Below, piece by piece: positions 10,145 to 17,600 of a stretch of 64,000 bases of DNA (positions are counted from its first letter, which is position 1; every line of letters begins with the position of its first letter). Source of the DNA: Cyanobacteriota bacterium (lineage in GTDB: Bacteria > Cyanobacteriota > Vampirovibrionia > LMEP-6097); assembly GCA_027618255.1 (NCBI GenBank), contig JAQCFG010000001.1, positions 1,225-65,224 on the forward strand, in the 5' to 3' direction. A program made the translations under genes and the position numbers. The notes beneath the pieces were generated by a model. It worked only from the letters and a program-made list of their open reading frames with translations. It searched no databases and had not been told where the DNA came from.

Positions 10145-10298
10145 CTACTGCATCATAGCCAAGTTTTTCGATTGCACCTTTTAGTTTTCTTGAATTTGCT
10201 CCAAGGGCTTCGTATCCACTTAAAACTACTGATTTTGCTAAATTTCCTACGCTGATATTACTGTTGCTCATGTTTATATAACTATATTGTACTTGCAA
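10113..10298 (-). CDS. Small hypothetical protein
   Basis: 61-aa ORF immediately downstream of, and on the same strand as, the 366-aa gene; there is no other support. Confidence 0.25.
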   Translation of the reverse strand: MQVQYSYINMSNSNISVGNLAKSVVLSGYEALGANSRKLKGAIEKLGYDAVAKISEQEPEI

Positions 10299-10307
10299 TT
10301 TTGATAG

Positions 10308-11408
10308 TTATTTTGAATTACTCTCTTGAATTTGAGCAAAAAGTTCGCCAAGATCGACAATTTTTTTACCTTCAAATTTTTTCTGAAAGTACTCATCTGC
10401 ATCTTCAGTATTTGCAATAAAGCAACCTTGTTCTTGGATTAATCTTTCTAATTCTTCTACACTTTGCTTTTTAATTGACGATCCAATTTGTGCAGCAAGC
10501 CTGTGACTGTTTGCTAAAACTTTTGCTTGTGTTTGGCTTGAATTAAATCCTGATTCTCCAGAGTGGGCTACCGCTTCTGCTTCTAGGTCTGAATCAATAT
10601 AGCCATCGAGTAGTCTTGCAAGTTCAGTGTTATATAGTCTATGTAAAGTTCCTTGAACTCTATCTTTTCTAGCACCTTTACGAAAATCATTTCTTAAAGC
10701 TTTCCAGAGCATTACTTTTTCTTTTCTAGTAGCTTTATCTTTAAAATCTTGATAACTTTTATAACCAAACTTTTTAGCTTTAGATTCAGCTAGAGTTTTC
10801 AACTCGAAACTTTCCCTTAAAATCCCTTTCTTTTCCATGTAAGTAAGTGCCTTATGGTAGTCACGAAAAGTCTGAATTCGTTCTGGACTTAAACTAGGTC
10901 TTCTGTGTTTCAGTAAGGCAAGTTGTTCTAATGTTTTTGGATAGCTGACACCAATATCTTGCGCATTACCTGATGCTGCTGCCTCAAAATATTGTTGAGT
11001 ATGTTTGAGCTCATGTTTTAGTATCGTTTTGATTTTGTCTAAGCTTAACTTACCTCTTGTTTTGATACTGTTTATTTCAACAATAATTGAATTTGTTTCT
11101 GGTGAATAAGCTGCACTAAATTCTTGCTCAGATTTTTTTGAATTGATAATATATACGTCAGGTTTAAACTCTTTTGGAATTCCGAGTTCTTGTGCTTCTT
11201 TATCTATGACTTTGGCTAAAAAATTTTGTAACCTTTGTGTTTCTTTATCTCTAGAATTACTTAAGCTCATCAATGAAATTTCTGCTCTAGTTTTTAAAGG
11301 TCTTAATTTTCTTTTCAGTCGTTTTGGAAATTCTTCAAGCTGTTTATCCAGCCCTAGCCGAGAGGCAAACCCCATACTTGTGCAAGCTAATTGTTGAATT
11401 CTACTCAT
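10308..11408 (-). CDS. Hypothetical Lys-rich protein with an HExxH motif
   Basis: 366-aa ORF containing LKHELKHTQQ, a possible zinc-metallopeptidase motif; no other recognisable domain. Confidence 0.4.
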   Translation of the reverse strand: MSRIQQLACTSMGFASRLGLDKQLEEFPKRLKRKLRPLKTRAEISLMSLSNSRDKETQRLQNFLAKVIDKEAQELGIPKEFKPDVYIINSKKSEQEFSAAYSPETNSIIVEINSIKTRGKLSLDKIKTILKHELKHTQQYFEAAASGNAQDIGVSYPKTLEQLALLKHRRPSLSPERIQTFRDYHKALTYMEKKGILRESFELKTLAESKAKKFGYKSYQDFKDKATRKEKVMLWKALRNDFRKGARKDRVQGTLHRLYNTELARLLDGYIDSDLEAEAVAHSGESGFNSSQTQAKVLANSHRLAAQIGSSIKKQSVEELERLIQEQGCFIANTEDADEYFQKKFEGKKIVDLGELFAQIQESNSK

Positions 11409-11733
11409 GACCTTTCTATATAAAGATAAGTTATTGAAATTATTGATATTTTTAGGTGTTTTTGCTTATGACTTTTTGTAGCTACTAGCGCGCCACTTCG
11501 TGGCTTGCATCCTTTTGATTTTTTAGCTCCGTTTCATCTGTCTGCTTTACTAACGGCTACAGCAGCCATGATGAAACGAAGCCAAAAAATACAGTGTTAG
11601 CTAATGGGACAGCAGAGAGGGTGTTAAGAAAGACCGCTCTTCTGTCTGCTCGCGTCTCAGCCTCGAGCAAGCGAGCAGCCCAAAGGGCTGCGAGCGTTCC
11701 CAGTTAGGCTTGGCTGGGCTTGAGGTGGGTAAA

Positions 11734-11928
11734 TGGCGCGTCCGGAAGGATTTGAACCTTCGACCATGGTCAAGCCAAATACAATTACCAGTTTACTCAA
11801 TAGACCTAAATCGGCTAAAGCCGAAGTGAATTTTTAATATGTGATTTGCTTTGCAAATCACTGGTTTTGAGAGCACTTCTAGGCTTTTAACCGATTGATC
11901 GAGGGCTAGATCTTGCGAACACTCCTCT
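11734..11928. repeat. Island-end repeat unit A (tRNA 3'-end-like ~30 nt, a spacer with hairpin gtgatttgctttgcaaatcac, and a degenerate tRNA-Lys-like anticodon arm in the opposite orientation)
   Basis: Near-identical to unit B and about 80% identical to unit C. It starts with tggcgcgtccggaaggatttgaaccttcgacc, the reverse complement of a tRNA T-arm, acceptor 3' strand and CCA. Confidence 0.7.
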
Positions 11929-11968
11929 AAAAAACAAAAAGAACCCTAAAGGGCTCTTTTTGTTTTTT
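11929..11968. terminator. Bidirectional intrinsic terminator palindrome (A-run, 17-bp stem, T-run)
   Basis: aaaaacaaaaagaaccc-taaa-gggctctttttgttttt; it has the same architecture as the palindrome at 17363..17402. Confidence 0.6.
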
Positions 11969-11972
11969 AATT

Positions 11973-12160
11973 GTGCGTCCGGAAGGATTTGAACCTTCGA
12001 CCATGGTCAAGCCAAATGCAATTACCAGTTTACTCAATAGACAATAGTGGCTTGACCAAAATCGGCTAAAGCCGAAGTGAATTTTTAATATGTGATTTGC
12101 TTTGCAAATCACTGGTTTGAGAGCACTTCTTAGCTTTTAACTAATTGATCGAAATTCAGA
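11973..12160. repeat. Island-end repeat unit B
   Basis: Second tandem copy of unit A; it contains cttagcttttaactaattg, a degenerate tRNA-Lys anticodon stem-loop. Confidence 0.7.
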
Positions 12161-12176
12161 TTCTACTGGCTACTCC

Positions 12177-12355
12177 ACATCCCCGCAGCCAACTGGCATT
12201 CCGAGCCCCTTATCGGTTGCCCGCTTCCAGGGATTCTTGTGTTCTCAGCTTCCCCACTAGTGTATTTTGCTCTAGGAATTTTTTGAGAGCATAGCTCTGG
12301 CTGCTGTGTAACAGGAATACAGGCAGAGATATGCTCGATAAAAAATTCCATGGCA
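12177..12355 (-). pseudogene. Inverted copy of the last ~176 bp of the serine recombinase gene (left arm of an inverted repeat)
   Basis: It is the reverse complement of 16975..17150 with only a few mismatches. The spurious ORF 12163..12351 encodes SGQPIRGSECQLAAGM, identical to the recombinase C-terminus. Confidence 0.75.
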
Positions 12356-12592
12356 AAGCAAGGAGGAGCAGAGCGACGACGCGCTAGTTTCTGTCAGCGA
12401 GGGCTTTAGCTTAGCCTGTCCAGAGGAGCGTAGCGACGTAGGGAAAGCAATCTCCCAACTTAAGCTACTAACAGCCCTAAAGTGCCACTTCAGACTTTAT
12501 AGCACAACCTTATTTCAGCACGTGGAGCAAGACGCAAGGTGGCTTGCGGAACCCAGTTGAGACAAGTGAAACGCAGGCTCAACTGGAAAAAA

Positions 12593-14935
12593 TCAAGAAG
12601 TAACTTTTTCTTTTAACTGATTCAGTTTTTGTTCTTTCTGTTCTTTAATTTGTTGATTATTAGGGTCATCAAAAGAGACAAAATTTGAACACAAGGCATT
12701 ATAATGCTCTTTATCTTTCAGCTCCAAACACTCAACAATATTTTTTATAATTTGGCTACATTCGTTTATGTCAGAATGTTTGATAAAACTTTCACTAGAT
12801 CCACTATGAGAATAATTATGTACAAACTTTTCTATTCGAGTTGCCTGTATTTTTTCATCAATTAAAAAATGTAACTTTGAAGACCAAGATTTTGAATCTG
12901 GGCATTTCATTCCCAAATATGCCTCCAAAAACTTTCTAATAATATTCCCCAATATATAATGTTGTTCAAACTCCGCGGAAGGATTTTTATAAAATTTATG
13001 AATTAAATAAAAAAGATAAATATATTCCGACTTAAATTTCTTAAGCTGCCAAGGTAGCTTTTTGATTGAAGATGAATTTTTATACTTATTGTGTGTCCTT
13101 TCAATAAAGTAAAACGGTGCTTCATCAAGTTTATTGTTGTTTTGCAACTTAAGTTTTTCTTTGATAAAATCCTTAACCAAATTAAAGAATTCTAGATTAT
13201 GAGTAGAAATAAAAAGTTGTTTGCATTGATTATCTCCCAACCTTTCCCTAATAAAAGAGTACACATTATACAAATGGTTACTATCAAGACTAGAAATTGG
13301 GTCATCAATAAAAACAACAGTTTCAGAAAGATTTGTATTTTTATCTTCTAGGCTAGCAATAAAATAAGCAAAGGATATTGCTGTCTTCTCACCTTCACTT
13401 AAATTTTTGGCCGGCTTGTTGTCTCTTAATAATTTAAAAAGGCCTTTTTCATTAGTTTCAAATACCAAGTTGTCACTATTAAATAGGATTTGCAAATATT
13501 CATTTACTTTCTTAGCCCCATTTGCATTTTCAGAAAGCCTATTCTCTAAACTCACAATTTCAGACTTTAATTCACATATCAGAGTTTTCTTTTCAGATAT
13601 TAACTTCTCTTGTTCTTTTATAAGCTCTTGATTATCTATATAGTTCGTATCATTAATAAATTCATGTGCAAAGTGTTGTATTAATTTCTCTTTCAATAAT
13701 TCTCTCTCTGAATTAAAGTTATTTGTTTTTGCATTGTGCTTATCAATCACTTGATTGATTTTTTCTACAATATTCCTAATCACCTCTACTTCAGTTTTCT
13801 CAAAATCTCTTAAATCCCTAGGTGTCAATTCCTCAAAAGGATTTTCACTTTTTTGCACTAGGCAGGCCTTTAAGTTTTCAAGATATTCAGTAGAAACAGC
13901 AAGTTCATTTTTTAATATACCTTTCAAATTTTCATATTCTAATTGGAAATCATCATAGAATCTTGCTTTATCAATTAACCTTACATCTATCTCGTTAATC
14001 ACTTTAATTTTTTGATCTATCTGGTCTTTTAGTAGGTTTATTTCAGTACGTAATTTGCTCAGATCATCTGAAAAATGTTTTTCTAGCTTCCCGATTAAAT
14101 CAGCGGGTAATTTATTACCACAAAATTTACAATTATCACTATCTTTATGTAAATCCTTACCATGTTCAACCCATCTATTAAGTTCGGTATTTTCCAATAA
14201 CTTCTCTATGGTTTCTGCAATTGGTTTTTTCACCAAAAGTTCTTCTGTTCTTTGGTAAAGATTTTCACTATCAATTTTCAGCAGTATTAAAAATGATATA
14301 CCTTCTTTGACATTTGTATCTTGATAAGAGCGTATCGCTCTTTGTAGAGCATCATCTGTAAGTATTTTGTTCTCATCATTTTTTAGTACAGCACTTTCAA
14401 CATAAGGAATAAATCTATTTTTATCAAAGTTAACAATTGACAAAAGGTTCTTTATATTACTGGCTCTTTCAGAAAGAGATTTTATTAAATTCTGTTGGAG
14501 TAATCCTGTCTCTCCAGCTAAATTAACTAAACTTTCATTCTCTACCTTCAGTTCGTTAGCTTTAGAGCTTAACCGTTCTTGAAGCTCAATATTTTGTTCA
14601 CCAAGAATAAAGATAGGTTGAATCTCATCATCTTGCTGATGCCATTTTAAATTTCTATCTATAAAATCGATATTAAAAACCCTTATATCAATTACCTGAG
14701 TTAGGTCTGAACTTGATTTCAGTCCTTTTTCAGTTTCAAAAACAAACTCTGCATTAGGGTAGTCCTCATGCCTCTCTTGTCTCTCAAAACATTGAAAGAT
14801 ACGGGATAAAGAAGTTTTTCCAGTGTAATTCCAGCCATATATAAGATTATATTTTTCAAAATTTGGCAGCGATTCACTCCAAGTGAAATCCTCAAAGACT
14901 GCAAATTTCTTTATTGTATCTATCTTCACTATCAC
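12593..14935 (-). CDS. AAA_13-family ABC-type ATPase with a coiled-coil CxxC zinc hook and a C-terminal PrrC/RloC-like anticodon nuclease region (RloC-like)
   Basis: The N-terminus KKFAVFEDFTW...NLIYGWNYTGKTSLSRIF carries the AAA_13 Walker A. Also present are a DSDNCKFCGNKL zinc hook in the coiled coil, LSEGEK, VVFIDDPISSLD, FISTHNLEFF, and a C-terminal GNIIRKFLEAY motif (R-x3-E) followed by His residues about 35 aa later. Confidence 0.6.
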   Translation of the reverse strand: MIVKIDTIKKFAVFEDFTWSESLPNFEKYNLIYGWNYTGKTSLSRIFQCFERQERHEDYPNAEFVFETEKGLKSSSDLTQVIDIRVFNIDFIDRNLKWHQQDDEIQPIFILGEQNIELQERLSSKANELKVENESLVNLAGETGLLQQNLIKSLSERASNIKNLLSIVNFDKNRFIPYVESAVLKNDENKILTDDALQRAIRSYQDTNVKEGISFLILLKIDSENLYQRTEELLVKKPIAETIEKLLENTELNRWVEHGKDLHKDSDNCKFCGNKLPADLIGKLEKHFSDDLSKLRTEINLLKDQIDQKIKVINEIDVRLIDKARFYDDFQLEYENLKGILKNELAVSTEYLENLKACLVQKSENPFEELTPRDLRDFEKTEVEVIRNIVEKINQVIDKHNAKTNNFNSERELLKEKLIQHFAHEFINDTNYIDNQELIKEQEKLISEKKTLICELKSEIVSLENRLSENANGAKKVNEYLQILFNSDNLVFETNEKGLFKLLRDNKPAKNLSEGEKTAISFAYFIASLEDKNTNLSETVVFIDDPISSLDSNHLYNVYSFIRERLGDNQCKQLFISTHNLEFFNLVKDFIKEKLKLQNNNKLDEAPFYFIERTHNKYKNSSSIKKLPWQLKKFKSEYIYLFYLIHKFYKNPSAEFEQHYILGNIIRKFLEAYLGMKCPDSKSWSSKLHFLIDEKIQATRIEKFVHNYSHSGSSESFIKHSDINECSQIIKNIVECLELKDKEHYNALCSNFVSFDDPNNQQIKEQKEQKLNQLKEKVTS

Positions 14936-15068
14936 TATCAGGCATCCATTCTATCAAGTAAGTCTCTAATTACTTTTAAACTATATATTTGAGTGAAAAC
15001 CCTCAGTGGTCTTATTTTAATATCAAAAAACCTCAACTGCTAGACTTATATAGTCTAGAGGAAATTTT

Positions 15069-15485
15069 ATGTCTGGTATCACAAATTTAGGTCACATAGT
15101 AACAGATAGAGCTAACGTAGCGCAGGATATTCAAACTAGAGACAAAGTCCGTGAGTTTGGCGATATTGTTGCTGGTGTTTTATCAGGAGCTAATGACGGT
15201 GAACCAAAAGCAAGCTCCCCTGAAGACCAAGCTGCTGCTACAAGATATGCAGCAAATGTTGCAGGAGCACATTTGCTAATGGGAACAGGCAATGTCACAC
15301 CAAAACAAGCTAATCAGTTAAAAAATGACGCTGACTTTGCAAGAAGAGCTGCTGGAGGCGATGAAGTTATTTTAGAGGATGTTATCAAAGTTGCTGAACA
15401 AGTTGCCAATAATGGAGATCCAGAAGTTGGTGGGACTATGATTCTATCGGTTGCAGAGCATCTAGGTAAAATTGCACAATCTTAG
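15069..15485 (+). CDS. Hypothetical Ala/Gly-rich protein, divergent from the RloC-like gene
   Basis: 138-aa ORF with a low-complexity N-terminus MSGITNLGHIV, similar in style to other uncharacterised proteins in this window. Confidence 0.35.
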   Translation: MSGITNLGHIVTDRANVAQDIQTRDKVREFGDIVAGVLSGANDGEPKASSPEDQAAATRYAANVAGAHLLMGTGNVTPKQANQLKNDADFARRAAGGDEVILEDVIKVAEQVANNGDPEVGGTMILSVAEHLGKIAQS

Positions 15486-15539
15486 GAACAAGCAAATTTT
15501 ACTGGCCATTTCTTTTTTAGTTTTGTATAATCCATAATA

Positions 15540-17171
15540 ATGGATAAATATTTTATTTACTGTAGGAAATCCTCCGACTCAGAGGATAGACAAATGCTTT
15601 CTATTGAAGCTCAATTACAAGAACTCAGAGACTATGCTCGTAAAGAAAAGCTTGAAATAGTTAGAGAGTTCACCGAGTCTAAAACAGCGAAGAAACCTGG
15701 CAGAGAGATCTTTAATGAAATGATCTCAGAGATTGAAGCTGGTAAGGCTGATGGGATAGTAGCCTGGAATCCAGATCGCTTAGCAAGGAACTCTGTTGAT
15801 GGTGGAAGAATAATTTATCTTATTGATGAAGCTGTAATAAAGGATCTTAAGTTTCCGACTGCTTGGTTTGATAATTCACCTCAAGGCAAATTCAATCTCT
15901 CTATAGCTTTTGGGCAAGCAAAATTTTATGTCGATAATCTTAGACAGAACGTTCATCGTGGCATACGCCAGAAACTACGCAAAGGACAGTATTGCAATAA
16001 AGCTCCTCTTGGATATATTAATCACCCTAAAACTAGAACTATAGAACCTGATCCTGTTGAGTTTGACTTGATGAGAAAAACTTTTGATCTATTCCTTACT
16101 GGAAACTGTTCACAGACTGAGATTCGACAAGCAATGTTTGAAATGGGAATTAAGAATCAAACTGGTGATAGAATCCACAGAGATAAAGTAAAAAAGACTC
16201 TTCAGAATCCATTTTATTATGGCTACTCCTATCACAAAGGAGAACTCTACGAAGCCTCTCACCAGCCTATGATAACAAAAGCTGAGCATGAAGAAGTACA
16301 AAGAATCCTAAAACTCAAATCTAAGAACAAATACAAAACTACTAAGAAGGATAAGAAGAAAAGAGATTTCTTTTTCTTAGGTTTTGAGAAGTGCGGTGAG
16401 TGTGGCTGTAGTTTTACAGCAGAAAGACATGAAAAGAAAAAATATAACGCAGTCTGGAAATATTACAGATGCTCTAAGAAAAAGAAAGACATGGATTGCG
16501 ATCAACCTTACCTCAAAGAAGAAATACTTTCTGGGCAAGTAAAAGATACTGTCTCAAGGATAGCCTTAAGTGATGACTGGAGCGAGCTTGCGCTTAAGAC
16601 TCTAGACTCCTGGGCAGACACAGAGCGACAGTCATCACTTAAAACAGCCAAGAACCTTGAGTCAGATCTAAAAATCATCAGAGAAAAGCTTGAAAGGCTA
16701 CTAGATCTTCATTTGGATGGTGTTTTATCATCTGGTGAATACAAAAGCAAAAAAAATGCTCTAATAAGCTCCAAGCTAAAACTTGAAACTCAGCTCTCTC
16801 AAATCAAACAAGACGGTGTAGTTTGGCTCGAACCAAGCAAGACACTTATAAAAGAAGCTAATAGAGCCAAGAAATTAGTTGAAGAAGAAAATTATCACGA
16901 AATGCGCTCTTTACTTCAAAAAGCAGGCTCGAACCAATTAATACGAGATAGAAAGTTCAGCATGAACTACCTTGAGCCATGGAATTTTCTTATCGAGCTA
17001 AACTCTTCATTCCTGTTACACAGCAGCCAGAGCTATGCTCTCACTGAATTACCTTCAGAAAATGCGCTAGTGGGGTGGGCGGGAATAAAAAAATCCCCGC
17101 GCAGCGGGCAACCGATAAGGGGCTCGGAATGCCAGTTGGCTGCGGGGATGTCAGAATGGTGCGTCCGCTAG
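15540..17171 (+). CDS. Large serine recombinase (resolvase/invertase catalytic domain, recombinase domain and zinc ribbon)
   Basis: The N-terminus YCRKSSDSEDRQMLSIEAQ carries the catalytic Ser context; CGECGCS...YYRCS is the zinc ribbon; there is a C-terminal coiled coil. The stop codon lies inside repeat unit C. Confidence 0.8.
   Translation: MDKYFIYCRKSSDSEDRQMLSIEAQLQELRDYARKEKLEIVREFTESKTAKKPGREIFNEMISEIEAGKADGIVAWNPDRLARNSVDGGRIIYLIDEAVIKDLKFPTAWFDNSPQGKFNLSIAFGQAKFYVDNLRQNVHRGIRQKLRKGQYCNKAPLGYINHPKTRTIEPDPVEFDLMRKTFDLFLTGNCSQTEIRQAMFEMGIKNQTGDRIHRDKVKKTLQNPFYYGYSYHKGELYEASHQPMITKAEHEEVQRILKLKSKNKYKTTKKDKKKRDFFFLGFEKCGECGCSFTAERHEKKKYNAVWKYYRCSKKKKDMDCDQPYLKEEILSGQVKDTVSRIALSDDWSELALKTLDSWADTERQSSLKTAKNLESDLKIIREKLERLLDLHLDGVLSSGEYKSKKNALISSKLKLETQLSQIKQDGVVWLEPSKTLIKEANRAKKLVEEENYHEMRSLLQKAGSNQLIRDRKFSMNYLEPWNFLIELNSSFLLHSSQSYALTELPSENALVGWAGIKKSPRSGQPIRGSECQLAAGMSEWCVR
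16975..17150. repeat. Right arm of the ~176-bp inverted repeat (the recombinase 3' end)
   Basis: Reverse complement of 12177..12355. Confidence 0.75.
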
Positions 17172-17359
17172 GATTTGAACCTAGGACAATGGTCAAGCCA
17201 AATGCGATTACCAGTCAACCCAATGTCCTTAGGGCTTGACCAAAATCGGCTAAAGCCGAAGTGATTTTTTTATGTAATTTGCTTTGCAAATTACTGGTCT
17301 GAGAGCACTTCTTGGCTTTTAACCGATTGGTCCCGGGTTCAGGTTCTAGTGGAAGTACC
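17156..17359. repeat. Island-end repeat unit C (31 nt identical to the tRNA-Lys 3' end, a spacer with hairpin, and a pseudo tRNA-Lys 3' half in plus orientation)
   Basis: tggtgcgtccgctaggatttgaacctaggac matches 17405..17435. Downstream, gagagcacttcttggcttttaaccgattggtcc mimics the D-arm and anticodon arm of tRNA-Lys(UUU). Confidence 0.7.
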
Positions 17360-17362
17360 TTA

Positions 17363-17402
17363 AAAATCAAAAATCACCCACAAGGGGTGATTTTTGATTT
17401 TT
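17363..17402. terminator. Perfect 18-bp palindromic intrinsic terminator (A-run, stem, T-run) abutting the tRNA-Lys 3' end
   Basis: aaaaatcaaaaatcaccc-acaa-gggtgatttttgattttt. Confidence 0.65.
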
Positions 17403-17404
17403 AA

Positions 17405-17481
17405 TGGTGCGTCCGCTAGGATTTGAACCTAGGACCAATCGGTTAAAAGCCGAGTGCTCTACCGGGCTGAGCTACGGACGC
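17405..17481 (-). tRNA. tRNA-Lys (anticodon UUU) with encoded CCA
   Basis: Reverse complement GCGTCCGTAGCTCAGCCCGGTAGAGCACTCGGCTTTTAACCGATTGGTCCTAGGTTCAAATCCTAGCGGACGCACCA folds by hand into a cloverleaf with a 7-bp acceptor stem, anticodon loop CTTTTAA and T-loop TTCAAAT. Confidence 0.85.
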
Positions 17482-17600
17482 GTATTTAATACGCGCAGAC
17501 GCAAATAGTGTCCTTCTGGTCGTTCAGGACACTAGGCTCAAATATATCATGTGATTTTTGTATGTTTCTGAAGACTTTCTGAATTTTAGCCAGAACTGGT

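Noticed and set aside
11734-12160. Possible tmRNA or intact tRNA genes in repeat units A/B
   Set aside because: Only the T-arm, acceptor 3' strand and CCA are present. There is no 5' acceptor strand, no D-arm in the right orientation and no G3:U70 tmRNA identity element. They are att-like fragments.
12163-12351. 62-aa ORF whose product ends like the recombinase C-terminus
   Set aside because: It is an artefact of the inverted repeat of the recombinase 3' end, not an independent gene.
12361-12592. Hairpin ccagttgag…ctcaactgg followed by an A-run
   Set aside because: The orientation of the A/T tract is wrong for an intrinsic terminator on either strand, so I did not call it a terminator.
9809-17171. 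Idea that the two recombinase copies are a recent direct duplication (IS-like)
   Set aside because: Nucleotide identity is only about 85% and the short copy is truncated. This is an old paralog or relic rather than a fresh duplication.
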